Assembly: GCA_963806555.1 (NCBI GenBank)
Contig: CAWDYR010000029.1
Span: forward strand, 25,524-89,523
DNA length: 64,000 nt
Direction: 5' to 3'
Source of the DNA: an uncultured Bacteroidales bacterium
GTDB taxonomy: Bacteria; Bacteroidota; Bacteroidia; Bacteroidales; VadinHA17
The notes beneath the pieces were generated by a model. It had not been told where the DNA came from. It saw only the letters and a list, made by a program, of their open reading frames with translations, and did not search any database. Positions 29,750 to 40,120 of this stretch are shown piece after piece. The position numbers and the translations under genes were made by a program. How positions within the stretch are numbered: position 1 is the stretch's first letter; the number at the start of each line of letters is the position of its first letter.

Positions 29750-31234
29750 ATGTATAAATTCAGAACCTTGCCGGTTGTACTAATTGCAGCACTTATACTT
29801 TTCTCATGTAAAGGGAAAAAAGGAGGTGACAATGTTTCTTCCACCACGGGGTGGAACTATAATGACCCTGACAATGGCGGATTTGAGGTTGCCTTTGGAG
29901 CGGAACAGAAAACAGGTCCCGGACTTGTACTGATCGAAGGCGGACGTTTCACAATGGGTCGCGTACAGCAGGATGTTTTGTTTGACTGGAATAATCAGCC
30001 GCGAACTGTTACGGTATCATCATTTTATATGGATGAAACCGAGGTCAGAAATGTTGATTACCGCGAATACCTGTTCTGGATAAAGAGGGTTTACAAGGAT
30101 TATCCTGAGGTGTTCAGGAGAGCCTTGCCCGATACCCTTGTCTGGAGAAGCCCGATGGGGTTCAACGATCCCTATGTTCAATACTATTTCAGGCATCCCT
30201 CATATAATAATTATCCTGTCGTAGGTGTAAGCTGGGTGAAGGCAAATGATTACTGCCTCTGGAGAACAGACAGGGTAAATGAGCAGCTGCTTATTGATGA
30301 AGGTGAACTTAATCCGGATCCGAATCAACTGAATGAAAAGAACTTCAATACTGAGGCTTATCTGGCCGGTCAATATGAGGGTGTTGTGAATCAGCTTCGT
30401 GAGAGTCTTAATCCGAATCAGACAGAAAGACGCACCAACTTTGAAGATGGAATACTTCTTCCCGCCTACAGGCTTCCAACCGAAGCAGAATGGGAATTTG
30501 CAGCCTATGCCCTCCGCGGTAACACCTTTGAGGAGAGAATCTACGAAAGAAGGATATACCCGTGGGACGGACATAATGTAAGAAATTCAGAGAAGAGGAA
30601 CCGTGGTGAAATGATGGCTAACTTCGTTCGCGGAAGAGGTGATATGATGGGCGTTGCAGGAAGCCTGAACGATAATGGAAGTATTACAACAGATGTAAAA
30701 TCATACTGGCCTAATGATTACGGACTCTATTCCATGGCTGGTAATGTAAATGAGTGGGTTCAGGATGTTTACCGTCCGCTGACTTCAGAGGATGTTGATG
30801 GCTTCAATCCGTTCAGGGGTAACGTGTTCACCGACCTGAGAAGGGATGCAAACGGACAGGTTGTTGGAAAGGATAAGCTGGGACGACTCTATATCGACAC
30901 AGTTAAAGACCAGGATGTGGCCGACAGATATAATTATCAGAAAGGCGATTACAGAAATTACAGGGATGGCGACCTTCAGTCAGCTATCTCAGGTGGCGGT
31001 GACTGGACTACAGAAGACAATAAACAAGGATCATTAAGAATGTATGCCCAGGGAACAGGTGATTATTTTACTCTTATTAATGATCAGGCCAGGGTTTATA
31101 AGGGAGGATCATGGAAAGACAGGGCTTACTGGCTTAATCCTTCAACAAGAAGATTTCTCGATCAGGAGAGTGCACGTGATGATCTGGGATTCAGATGTGC
31201 CATGATACGCGTAGGAAGCCCTGCCGGTTTTTGA
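29750..31234 (+). CDS. gldJ: gliding motility / T9SS lipoprotein GldJ (SUMF1/FGE-like fold)
   Basis: Lipobox LFSC, then ...SSTTGWNYNDPDNGGFE..., and a sulfatase-modifying-factor-like domain (...GLYSMAGNVNEW...GGSW...GFRC). Synteny porV-porU-gldJ-murF matches Flavobacterium johnsoniae. Confidence 0.85.
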   Translation: MYKFRTLPVVLIAALILFSCKGKKGGDNVSSTTGWNYNDPDNGGFEVAFGAEQKTGPGLVLIEGGRFTMGRVQQDVLFDWNNQPRTVTVSSFYMDETEVRNVDYREYLFWIKRVYKDYPEVFRRALPDTLVWRSPMGFNDPYVQYYFRHPSYNNYPVVGVSWVKANDYCLWRTDRVNEQLLIDEGELNPDPNQLNEKNFNTEAYLAGQYEGVVNQLRESLNPNQTERRTNFEDGILLPAYRLPTEAEWEFAAYALRGNTFEERIYERRIYPWDGHNVRNSEKRNRGEMMANFVRGRGDMMGVAGSLNDNGSITTDVKSYWPNDYGLYSMAGNVNEWVQDVYRPLTSEDVDGFNPFRGNVFTDLRRDANGQVVGKDKLGRLYIDTVKDQDVADRYNYQKGDYRNYRDGDLQSAISGGGDWTTEDNKQGSLRMYAQGTGDYFTLINDQARVYKGGSWKDRAYWLNPSTRRFLDQESARDDLGFRCAMIRVGSPAGF

Positions 31235-31257
31235 TTATTGAAAGGCAATTAATTATA

Positions 31258-31291
31258 GCCTCATTATGTAATCATAATGAGGCATTTTTTT
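31258..31291 (+). terminator. rho-independent terminator after gldJ
   Basis: Perfect 10-bp stem GCCTCATTAT / ATAATGAGGC, loop GTAATC, then A + T7. Confidence 0.7.
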
Positions 31292-31297
31292 AAGATT

Positions 31298-32590
31298 ATG
31301 AAAACTGACCAGCTTTACAATCTGTTCAAAGAGTCAAAAGGCGTCTCAACTGACACCCGCGCAATAAAGAAAGATCAGATCTTTTTTGCACTCTGGGGAG
31401 CGAACTTCAACGGCAATCAATATGCCGCAGAGGCTCTTGAAAAGGGCGCTTATTTTGCTGTAATTGATGACCCCTCCTATGAATCCGACAAAACAATCCT
31501 TGTCGACGACTGCCTCTTTGAACTTCAGGCTCTGGCCGCCCGTCACCGCAAGGACCTCAAAGCTTCAGTCCTGGCAATTACTGGCACTAATGGGAAAACT
31601 ACAACCAAAGAGCTGATTGCAGCCATAATGTCCAAAAAATATAAGGTCCACTTCACAAGAGGTAACCTTAATAATGAAATCGGACTTCCGCTTACGATAT
31701 TGTCGGCCCCGCCGGATACTGAAATGATGGTGCTTGAAATGGGGGCAAACCATATCAGGGAGATACGGACATTATGCTCAATTGCAAGACCGGATTTCGG
31801 CATAATAACAAATATCGGCACAGCGCATATAGAAGGTTTCGGATCACTCGAAGGGGTCGTGAAAGCCAAAATGGAACTCTATGAATATCTGAGGAAAGTA
31901 AACGGGGTTGCCATCTTTAATGACCGGAATCCCCTGCTGACAGAAATGATCTTCAAATTTATAAACAGGGCGGTTCCCTATTCTGATCCGACAGGTGTTG
32001 CGCTGTCGGTTGAGGCATTACCATCTGAAATGAATCTTGCTGTCAGGGTAAAGTACCAGCATAAGATACATACAATCCAGACCAGCCTTTTTGGCAGCTA
32101 CAACCTCGAAAATGTGAAAGCAGCAATAGCCGCAGGACTGTTCCTTGGAGTTCCAATGGATGATATTGCTGATTCATTAAGGAGTTACCGGCCTGAAAAT
32201 AACAGATCGGAAGTTAAAAAAACAGGGAGCAACACCCTGATCTGCGATGCCTATAACGCAAATCCTATAAGCATGCAGGTGTCGGTTAAATCTTTCTCGG
32301 AATTAAAAGCTGATAAAAAAATATTGATACTTGGAGATATGCTCGAACTTGGTGAAAAGAGCGAAGAAGAACATCTTAAATTGCTGGATACCATCCGGTT
32401 GGTGAATCCCCAGAAAGTCTTCCTGGTAGGACAGGAGTTCCGGAAAGTCTCCACCGGCTCCGGATTTCAAACTTTCCGCGACGTGGTTGAATTAAGTGAA
32501 CATCTTAAAAAAGAACCTGTTAAAGGCAGTCTTATATTGATAAAGGGATCGAGAGGTATGACCCTTGAAAAGATATATGATCTGCTTTAG
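31298..32590 (+). CDS. murF: UDP-N-acetylmuramoyl-tripeptide--D-alanyl-D-alanine ligase
   Basis: Mur ligase P-loop ITGTNGKTTTKE and MurF-like C-terminus. The ATG at 31277 lies inside the gldJ terminator hairpin, so 31298 is preferred. Confidence 0.9.
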   Translation: MKTDQLYNLFKESKGVSTDTRAIKKDQIFFALWGANFNGNQYAAEALEKGAYFAVIDDPSYESDKTILVDDCLFELQALAARHRKDLKASVLAITGTNGKTTTKELIAAIMSKKYKVHFTRGNLNNEIGLPLTILSAPPDTEMMVLEMGANHIREIRTLCSIARPDFGIITNIGTAHIEGFGSLEGVVKAKMELYEYLRKVNGVAIFNDRNPLLTEMIFKFINRAVPYSDPTGVALSVEALPSEMNLAVRVKYQHKIHTIQTSLFGSYNLENVKAAIAAGLFLGVPMDDIADSLRSYRPENNRSEVKKTGSNTLICDAYNANPISMQVSVKSFSELKADKKILILGDMLELGEKSEEEHLKLLDTIRLVNPQKVFLVGQEFRKVSTGSGFQTFRDVVELSEHLKKEPVKGSLILIKGSRGMTLEKIYDLL

Positions 32591-32592
32591 AG

Positions 32593-33768
32593 CTATTGAT
32601 TTACCTGGATTTCAGAGCCCTGTGCAAAGGTAATGTTCAGAAGCAGGATCTCCGACCTGCTGCCTGATCTCACCCTGGGTCCCCATAAACCAAAACCTGA
32701 AGAAACTATAAAGTGTGTGTTTCCTTTCTTTATGTAACCATAGCTTAATTCATATATCATTCGTGTAATATAATTAAGAGGCCACATCTGTCCATTATGG
32801 GTATGACCGGAAAGCTGAAGGTCAATCCCGTATTTTGCAGACTCATTAAGCTCAAATGGTTGATGATCAAGAAGTATTACAGGCTTTGAAGGATCGGTCT
32901 TTTTTACGAGCTCGCTTAAAGGCATACGCGTCTGCCCAAAGAATCTCTGCGAATCACGGTCAAGCCTGCCGATAAGTTGTATTCCACCCTCAATTTCAAC
33001 AATTTCATCTTTCAGGAGCCTTATCCCTTTACTTTCAATATAGGGCATCGTTTTTTTTGCACCTCCGATGAATTCGTGATTTCCCGTTATTGCCAGGAGT
33101 CCGTCCCTGCACTTTGGACATGTGAAATACTCCAGAAGGTCTCCCCTCAAAACGGGACCTATCTCCCCGTCCACTATATCGCCCAGAAGCAGAACCAGAT
33201 CGGGTTTCAGGCCTTCAAGTACGCGTGAAAGCTTTATCATACTCCGTTTTCGTATTACGCTGCCAAGATGTATATCTGATACAGCGGCAATCTTTAGCTC
33301 CCTGACTTCACCGGCAGGTTTACCGATAGCAATATCATATTCTTTTACTTTTGGTATCAGGGTGTTTATAAATCCACCAGCAATGAGAATAAAAGAGAGA
33401 AATAACGTCAGTATGTATGCCCATTTCCTGTACTGCAGAATATTTCCGGAGTTTATTATCCCCCCTGCCCGAAGGATCAATGATATCAGATCAGAAAGGA
33501 ACAGAAACAGAAAGCCGTAGAGCATGAAAGCCATCCAGAATCCTCCGGTAATATTCAAAATATCAGATAAAACTGAGGAATGAGTTGCTTCAAGGAACTT
33601 GCCGGCAATAAATGCAGAAGCCAGTACAATGAACACAATGAAATAAAGAAATCTGAAATTGCGGAAAGCAGCAATTGAATGGTATCCTTTAAGATATATG
33701 TAAATATTTGCCGAGGAGTAAATTGTGAGGACAATAGCGAGGAAAATTACAAACTGGGAGGTTTTCAT
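32593..33768 (-). CDS. membrane-anchored metallophosphoesterase
   Basis: N-terminal TM helices. Calcineurin-like motifs SDIHLG, GDIVDG, GNHE, GHTHNG. Confidence 0.8.
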   Translation of the reverse strand: MKTSQFVIFLAIVLTIYSSANIYIYLKGYHSIAAFRNFRFLYFIVFIVLASAFIAGKFLEATHSSVLSDILNITGGFWMAFMLYGFLFLFLSDLISLILRAGGIINSGNILQYRKWAYILTLFLSFILIAGGFINTLIPKVKEYDIAIGKPAGEVRELKIAAVSDIHLGSVIRKRSMIKLSRVLEGLKPDLVLLLGDIVDGEIGPVLRGDLLEYFTCPKCRDGLLAITGNHEFIGGAKKTMPYIESKGIRLLKDEIVEIEGGIQLIGRLDRDSQRFFGQTRMPLSELVKKTDPSKPVILLDHQPFELNESAKYGIDLQLSGHTHNGQMWPLNYITRMIYELSYGYIKKGNTHFIVSSGFGLWGPRVRSGSRSEILLLNITFAQGSEIQVNQ

Positions 33769-33774
33769 AAATTA

Positions 33775-34503
33775 TTACTGTTGAGCATATACCGAATTAA
33801 ACGTTTTTCTTCTTTTAACATAGAACTCAAAAACGATACTCTTGTTCAAAATCAATTTGCCGGGATATGTTACAGTCAGGTCTTTATTGACAATTCTTTT
33901 TTCTTTCAGGCTTTTACGGCTCCTGTTATAATCCCTGTGAGCTTTCCAGACAGCTTTAAAACTGCCGGATCTTCCCTTCAGCAGGAATATCAATGCAGCC
34001 AGGCCGTCTAGGAGCCTTCTGGTGAACATGGTACTGCGGAGTTCAAAGTCCGGAAGATTTTTATACAGGAGAAAAAGGCTGTTTCGAAAGTTAAGATAGG
34101 TCTTGAATTCAGATTCATAGGGAAGCGCTCCGCCGCCAACGTGATATACAACTGATTCAGGAATATATGAAACCCGGTAACCTGCTTTATGGAATCTCCA
34201 GCAGAGATCAACCTCCTCCATATGGGCAAAAAAGTCGTCATCAAATCCTTTGCATTTTTCCCAGGCATCCTTCCTTACAGCCATGCACGCGCCGGTCGAC
34301 CAGAATATGTCTGTCTGATCATCATATTGTGACTCATCCGGTTCAACATTATCAAAGATCCTTCCCCTGCAAAATGTATATCCTAATTTGTCAATAAAAC
34401 CTCCTGCTGCACCTGCATACTCAAAATGATCCCGTTTATGGAATGACAGTATTTTTGGCTGGCAGGAGGCTACATCAGGATTGTTTTCAAGGTGGCGGAT
34501 CAT
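33775..34503 (-). CDS. family 2 glycosyltransferase, C-terminal fragment
   Basis: Continues ...NPDVASCQPKIL...GACMAVRKDAWEKCKGFDDDFFAHMEEVDLCWR.... Confidence 0.8.
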   Translation of the reverse strand: MIRHLENNPDVASCQPKILSFHKRDHFEYAGAAGGFIDKLGYTFCRGRIFDNVEPDESQYDDQTDIFWSTGACMAVRKDAWEKCKGFDDDFFAHMEEVDLCWRFHKAGYRVSYIPESVVYHVGGGALPYESEFKTYLNFRNSLFLLYKNLPDFELRSTMFTRRLLDGLAALIFLLKGRSGSFKAVWKAHRDYNRSRKSLKEKRIVNKDLTVTYPGKLILNKSIVFEFYVKRRKTFNSVYAQQ

Positions 34504-34804
34504 AGGGCTTCAGCCAGCCATCGGTGACCTCAACGTCTGAATTCAGCAGAATATAGAACCGGGCATCAACCTGTTTAAGCGCCAGATTATACCCTCCCGC
34601 GAAACCATAGTTCTTACCGAGCCTTATAATTCTGACCTCTTTAAAGTTACCGGCGACCCACTCAACTGAACCATCTGTTGAGCCATTGTCAGCAATATAA
34701 ACAACAGTTTCACTGTTAGCTGAATGTTTTACAACAGCGCCAAGAAACTGGCGGAGCCAGGCAAGCCCGTTCCAGTTCAGTATTACCACTGCATTTTTAA
34801 ACAT
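34487..34804 (-). CDS. family 2 glycosyltransferase, N-terminal fragment (frame break ~34505 at a C3/G3 run)
   Basis: GT2 N-terminus ...VVILNWNG...ADNGSTDGS.... Confidence 0.8.
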   Translation of the reverse strand: MFKNAVVILNWNGLAWLRQFLGAVVKHSANSETVVYIADNGSTDGSVEWVAGNFKEVRIIRLGKNYGFAGGYNLALKQVDARFYILLNSDVEVTDGWLKPYDPPP

Positions 34805-34814
34805 AGTGTGATTA

Positions 34815-35678
34815 TTAGTATTTCCACCTGCGGTGCGTCCATATCCAGTATTCCGGTTTCTCGCGTATCAATGCTTCAAGCCTCTTTACATGCGTATCGG
34901 TGATAAGATGTTCAGGCACGCCCCTGGTTTGTTCAAACAGTAACTCGACCGAAAGGTTATAGTAACCTCTTTTTATCTTCTGTACATTGAAAAAAACAAC
35001 AGCCATATCATATTTTACAGCTATCTTTTCTATCCCAAGGAATACCGGGGTGTCCTGATTCAGGAAAGTAGTCCTGTACCTGATATCCGGTTTTGCGGGT
35101 GTCTGATCGGCAATAAAACCATAGAGTGTCCGGACGTTTTTTCTCCTGTTCTCAACTATCTCCCTGACAATTAGATTCATGGGTGAAAGTTCCATGCCAT
35201 TTCCTGATCTCAGACCATTCAGGAAATTATTGAACAGTTTGCTTTGCAGAGGTTTGTAAATGCTTACTATTTTGTACTTTGTATAAAGAGGCAGGCATTC
35301 AAGCCATTCCCAGTTATTGTAATGGCTGTGCACAACCGCAAGGTCACGGCCGGAATTATAGAGATCTTCAAGTAAGGAGGGATTGCTAATTGTAATTCTC
35401 TCTGTTAACTCTTTGTTACTTAGATGAGTAAGCTTGAGCGTTTCAACGAACAGATCGGCAAGATGCCTGTAAAATTTTTTTTCTATAAGAAATCGTTCCT
35501 CGTCTGATTTTTCAGGAAAGGAATTCTTCAGGTTGTCTGCAACTATTTTTCTGCGGTAAGAAGGGAAATAATAGAGTAAAATGAAAAGCAGATCCGAAAA
35601 AACATACAGTGCTTTGAGAGGTAAAAGTGTGATAATCCAGTTAATGCCATAGAAGATATAGAATCCGATGGTTCCCAT
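34815..35678 (-). CDS. lipid A biosynthesis (LpxL/HtrB-type) lysophospholipid acyltransferase
   Basis: N-terminal TM helix and acyltransferase motif HSHYNNWE. Size and layout match the lauroyl/myristoyl acyltransferase family. Confidence 0.75.
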   Translation of the reverse strand: MGTIGFYIFYGINWIITLLPLKALYVFSDLLFILLYYFPSYRRKIVADNLKNSFPEKSDEERFLIEKKFYRHLADLFVETLKLTHLSNKELTERITISNPSLLEDLYNSGRDLAVVHSHYNNWEWLECLPLYTKYKIVSIYKPLQSKLFNNFLNGLRSGNGMELSPMNLIVREIVENRRKNVRTLYGFIADQTPAKPDIRYRTTFLNQDTPVFLGIEKIAVKYDMAVVFFNVQKIKRGYYNLSVELLFEQTRGVPEHLITDTHVKRLEALIREKPEYWIWTHRRWKY

Positions 35679-35682
35679 TTAT

Positions 35683-36488
35683 TTACCTTGCTTTTTTATT
35701 CATGAAGCTGCCTACAATGTCAAGTATTTCAGAATAAATAAGTTCATTGGATGCAATGGTTTCATCCCCGGTAAGGCCCCTGGTGTTGCCGGAAAAATCA
35801 CTGAATTTACCTCCGGCTTCGCTGACAAGCAGGTACCTGCCGCTATGTCCCATGGTTTAAGATCGTACTCAAAAAAACATTCAAATCTTCCGCACGCCAC
35901 ATAGGCAAGGTCGATGGAAGCAGAGCCAAGCCGGCGGATACCGTGACTGTTAACTAACAGGTATTTAAGCAGATCCATGTAGGGATTGAGCCTGTCGAAC
36001 AGATTGTAGGGAAATCCTGTAGCTACCAGCGATTCTGACAATTTAGGGGTGTTGGAAACGTGGATTCTTTTACCGTTGAGCCAGGCTCCTCCTCCCTTCC
36101 AGGCAGTAAAGGTCTCATTACCAGACACTTCATGAACAACTCCGGCAATAACCTCATCATCCTCCCTTAAACCTATGCTTACTGCATAAGGATGCACCCT
36201 GTGAAGGAAATTGGTTGTTCCATCTAAAGGATCGATCACCCAGTTGTATTTCAGGCCTTTCTTTACCGATGTACCCTCCTCGGCAATGAAACCTGCGTCG
36301 GGGATCAGGGGCGCCAGTCGTTCGATGAGCATCTTCTCAGATTGCTTATCAACATAGGAGACGAAATTATTAAGACCTTTCGACTCAGCGCTATTTATAT
36401 CGAACACTTCTGATTCTCTCAGAATGAAACCGCCAGCTTCGCGGGCAGCATTCTCAATTTCAATGCATAATGCTTTCAGATCGGTCAT
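35683..36488 (-). CDS. inositol monophosphatase family protein (frame break ~35837; track ORF 35712..36488)
   Basis: Motif WVIDPLDGTTNF. After WDIAAG the natural continuation YLLVSEAGGKFSDFSG...NKKAR* is in the adjacent frame and ends at 35683. Confidence 0.8.
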
Positions 36489-37791
36489 TTTTTATTCTGT
36501 TATTTCGACTCTCATCCTGTCCTGAAGGGGCAATATCCCTGACCCTTACCCTGATTATTTTCCCGGCAAGCCTGGCCTCCCACTTGCTTTCCACCTTAAT
36601 ATAGTTCTCCGTGAAACCCGTTATCATTCCATTATCCCTTGTGTGCTCGAACAGAACATTGGATAACTGACCGCTATTCGTTTTACAAAATTCAGTGTGC
36701 TTCCTTTCAGAAAGTGAAATAAGCTTTTTGCTTCTGTTTTCCCTTGAGGTGAATGGAATTTTGTCGGGAAGACCGGCAGCATGTGTACCGGGCCTTTCTG
36801 AAAAGTTAAAAACATGGAGATATGACAGTGGCATCTCCTCAAGAAATGAATGTGTCACCTCAAAGTCTTTATCCGATTCTCCGGGAAATCCGACAATTAC
36901 ATCCGCACCTATACCGGCAAGTGGCATCAATTCCCTTATGAGCCTGATCTTTCCGGCAAATAATTCCCGCTTATACCTTCTTCGCATCAATCCGAGGATT
37001 TTGTCATTTCCGCTTTGGAGAGGGATATGAAAGTGCGGCAGTATTTTACTATTTGAACATGCAAATTCAATAAGCTCATCTGTAAGAAGGTTTGGTTCGA
37101 TCGAGGAAATCCTGTATCTTTCAATACCTTCAACCTTAATCAGTTCCCTGAGAAGTGAAGTAAAGGACTCACCCGTTGATTTCCCGAAATCACCGATGTT
37201 GACACCTGTAAGCACTATTTCCCTGACCCCTTTCTGCGCTATTTTCCCTGCTTCTTCCACAAGGTCGCTGACAGCTTGATTCCTGCTGCTTCCCCTGGCT
37301 GTCGGAATTGTACAATATGAACAACCATAATCACATCCGTCCTGCACCTTGAGAAAAGAACGGGTCCGGTCACCCATTGAAAATGAGGGATAGAAATCGC
37401 CGGAAATTTCACAGGAATGGATCTCAGCATCCTTTCTTTTCCCGGATCTTCCCAGGTAATTGGCAATATTAAATTTCTCATTGGTTCCAAGCACAAGATC
37501 TACTCCCGGGATAGCAGATATTTCCTGCGGATTCAGCTGCGCGTAGCAGCCTACAACGGCAATATAGGCATCGGGTGACCTGTTGATGAATTTTCTGATG
37601 GCCTGCCTGCATTTTCTGTCGGCTGCATCAGTAACCGAACAGGTGTTGATAACATAAATATCAGCTTTGGAGCCTGACGGAACCTTCTCAAACCGGTCTT
37701 CAGGAAATGATCTGGAGATCGTAGAAGTCTCGGCAAAATTCAATTTACAGCCAAGGGTGTGAAATGCTATCTTCTTTTTCGAATTACTCAT
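36460..37791 (-). CDS. mtaB: tRNA t6A37 methylthiotransferase MtaB
   Basis: MTTase N-domain (FHTLGCKLNFAE), radical-SAM CDYGCSYCTIP and a TRAM-like C-terminus. Confidence 0.85.
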   Translation of the reverse strand: MSNSKKKIAFHTLGCKLNFAETSTISRSFPEDRFEKVPSGSKADIYVINTCSVTDAADRKCRQAIRKFINRSPDAYIAVVGCYAQLNPQEISAIPGVDLVLGTNEKFNIANYLGRSGKRKDAEIHSCEISGDFYPSFSMGDRTRSFLKVQDGCDYGCSYCTIPTARGSSRNQAVSDLVEEAGKIAQKGVREIVLTGVNIGDFGKSTGESFTSLLRELIKVEGIERYRISSIEPNLLTDELIEFACSNSKILPHFHIPLQSGNDKILGLMRRRYKRELFAGKIRLIRELMPLAGIGADVIVGFPGESDKDFEVTHSFLEEMPLSYLHVFNFSERPGTHAAGLPDKIPFTSRENRSKKLISLSERKHTEFCKTNSGQLSNVLFEHTRDNGMITGFTENYIKVESKWEARLAGKIIRVRVRDIAPSGQDESRNNRIKNDRSESIMH

Positions 37792-37844
37792 TGGTTACAG
37801 GTCGTGATTCACCGAGACAGAGGGTTGAAAAATATAACTGGTTT

Positions 37845-38552
37845 CTATCTCCGTCCTGATTTTTCAAGTTTTGTAAGGAATACATTATTGAACTCAATGT
37901 CTTTCCCTTCGCTCTGGAGACAGATATGTCCGCTGGTCACTGTTACGCCGGTCCCTTTATTCTGAAGGACGCCGTTCACATAGACTTCGATTGTATTTGC
38001 CTTGCAGACAACTTCCATAGTATTCCATTCTCCGACTGGCTTTTCTGATGAAGCACCCATCTTTGTAACGCTGTTCTTTGATTTGTCTTTGCGTTCATTC
38101 ATATCAGCGCCGTTCATGCAGACGAAATCACCCGCCTTACCTGCAGCCAGCTGGCATTCAATGCATTTTATCCAGATTGCATCGGGGGGCTGGGCATTCA
38201 CGAAAACTCCGCTATTTGTAGCTTCACCGGCCGGCCAGCGCCACTCAACGTGCAGTTTGTAATCGGAAAAAGAGTCTTTTGACCTCATATATCCAAATGG
38301 ATTTCCGGTAATGTGAATTACCCCGTTACGAATGGAGAAGACCTCAGACGGGTTAACGGCAGGATCTTTAAGTTGAAATACCCAGTTGGAAAGATCTTTA
38401 CCGTTGAATAGCCGGACATTCTCAACTTTCTGATTTCTGCGGCTTTTCTGACTCTTTACGTTTTTCTCCACTGATTGTGAGGAGACCAGTGTAATGGTTC
38501 CGATCATGATCAATACGATCATCGTTGAAAAGCGGATAGTTCTTGTTGTCAT
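37845..38552 (-). CDS. DUF1080 (3-keto-disaccharide hydrolase-like, LamG-fold) secreted protein
   Basis: Signal/TM segment, then ...NGVIHITGNPFGYMRSKDSFSDYKLHVEWRW...NSGVF...ICLQSEG..IEFNNVFL, which is typical of DUF1080. Confidence 0.75.
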   Translation of the reverse strand: MTTRTIRFSTMIVLIMIGTITLVSSQSVEKNVKSQKSRRNQKVENVRLFNGKDLSNWVFQLKDPAVNPSEVFSIRNGVIHITGNPFGYMRSKDSFSDYKLHVEWRWPAGEATNSGVFVNAQPPDAIWIKCIECQLAAGKAGDFVCMNGADMNERKDKSKNSVTKMGASSEKPVGEWNTMEVVCKANTIEVYVNGVLQNKGTGVTVTSGHICLQSEGKDIEFNNVFLTKLEKSGRR

Positions 38553-38600
38553 AATTGGTGTATTTAGGTTTATAAATGGAATATCGGGAAGGGGACATTA

Positions 38601-39935
38601 CTAAAGAAGTTTGCTCGCCAGTTCTGCCAGGAAGCTTCTTTCACCCTTGACCAGGTTCACATGGGCAAATATATCCTGATCCTTCATTTTATCGGAAAGG
38701 TAGCTGAGGCCGTTTGAGGCGGTATCAAGGTATGGAGAATCGATTTGTTCAATATCTCCTGTAAAGACCATTTTCGTTCCTTCACCTGCACGGGTAATAA
38801 TAGTCTTGATTTCATGTGGTGTGAGATTCTGTGCCTCATCCACTATAAAGAAAATGCTTGAAAGGCTTCTTCCTCTTATATAGGCAAGGGGTGTGATGAC
38901 AAGTTTTTCTTCCTTTACCATATCGTTGATCCTTAGAAATTCAGGACTCTGATGACTGAATTTGTGTTTGATCACAGTCAGGTTGTCATATAATGGCTGC
39001 ATGTAAGGATCCATTTTCTCCTTGACGTCACCCGGAAGAAATCCAATATCCCTGTTGGCCAGAGGTACGATAGGTCTGGCAAGAAATATCTGCTTGTATC
39101 TTTTGTGCTGGGCAAGAGCTGCAGCCAGCGCCAGGAGCGTTTTTCCCGTTCCGGCCTTACCCGTAAGGGATACCAGCTGAATGTCGGGATTTGCCAGGGC
39201 GTCAAGTGCGAATGTCTGCTCGGCATTTCGCGGATCTATACCATAGGTTGTTTGCTTAATAACCCTGTTAAGCAGTCTGCTTGAGGGATTATAATGGGCG
39301 AGGGCGCTGGCGCCGCTGTTTTTCATTATGAAGAACTGATGCCCCTTCAGATTTGTATCGATCTTAAAATCACTGCCATTAACACCTTCAGGAAGCTCGT
39401 ATAGCTTGCTTATAAGTTCATGATCCACTCCATCAAGCACCTGGATACCCTTGTAAAGATCATCAATGTTTGCTACCTTGTCGTTCTGGTAATCCTGAGC
39501 CATAATTCCAAGTGATTTTGCCTTCATCCTGAGGTTAATATCCTTGGTTATGAGAACAACAGTTTTATCCTTGTTTGAGTTGCACACATACTCAGCGATT
39601 GCAAGGATCCGGTGGTCAGCAGTTCTTTCGGGGAATGATTGATTTACCTTTTCTGAAAAATCCCGTCCGGTCTCAATATGTAGATTCCCCAGATTCTCTC
39701 CAAGCGGAATATTTGCCGTGAGAAGCATATCGCCCGAAAGCTTGTCGAGTTCCCGTGTAAATTCCCTGGCGTGAAAGTTGATTATGTCATTACCTCTTTT
39801 GAATTTATCGAGCTCTTCCAGGACAACAATCGGTATTATAACATCATTTTCCTCAAAATTGTAGATGCATTTATAATCGTGAAGCAGAACATTGGTATCA
39901 ATAATAAAAAGTTTTTTGTTATGTTTCTTTCTCAT
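38601..39935 (-). CDS. PIN-domain / PhoH-like ATPase (YlaK-type)
   Basis: The internal ATG at 39935 gives MRKKHNKKLFIIDTNVLLHD (PIN). Walker A is GKAGTGKT. The longer 554-aa ORF would overlap folC. Confidence 0.85.
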   Translation of the reverse strand: MRKKHNKKLFIIDTNVLLHDYKCIYNFEENDVIIPIVVLEELDKFKRGNDIINFHAREFTRELDKLSGDMLLTANIPLGENLGNLHIETGRDFSEKVNQSFPERTADHRILAIAEYVCNSNKDKTVVLITKDINLRMKAKSLGIMAQDYQNDKVANIDDLYKGIQVLDGVDHELISKLYELPEGVNGSDFKIDTNLKGHQFFIMKNSGASALAHYNPSSRLLNRVIKQTTYGIDPRNAEQTFALDALANPDIQLVSLTGKAGTGKTLLALAAALAQHKRYKQIFLARPIVPLANRDIGFLPGDVKEKMDPYMQPLYDNLTVIKHKFSHQSPEFLRINDMVKEEKLVITPLAYIRGRSLSSIFFIVDEAQNLTPHEIKTIITRAGEGTKMVFTGDIEQIDSPYLDTASNGLSYLSDKMKDQDIFAHVNLVKGERSFLAELASKLL

Positions 39936-39994
39936 TCTTAAGTTGTTTACTATCAATATAATGAATTCATAGAACGGGATCGGTGACAGATCTG

Positions 39995-40002
39995 CAAAAT
40001 TA
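39995..40002 (-). promoter_or_regulatory. candidate -7 box (TAATTTTG on the minus strand) for the PIN-PhoH gene
   Basis: The reverse complement of caaaatta matches TAnnTTTG, ~60 nt upstream of ATG 39935, in the folC/phoH divergent region. Confidence 0.3.
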
Positions 40003-40120
40003 ATTAAAATAAAGGAGAGATTCATATATGTTGAAAGTATGTTAATTTGTAAGTCAAAAGCGTGTAAGAACAGCAACATTGAATTCTGCCTATCCACGAC
40101 CATTTTAAATTCAAAAACAG

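Noticed and set aside
31277-31297. The upstream ATG (31277) proposed by the ORF track for murF.
   Set aside because: It lies inside the 10-bp-stem gldJ terminator hairpin. The next ATG (31298) gives the usual MurF N-terminus.
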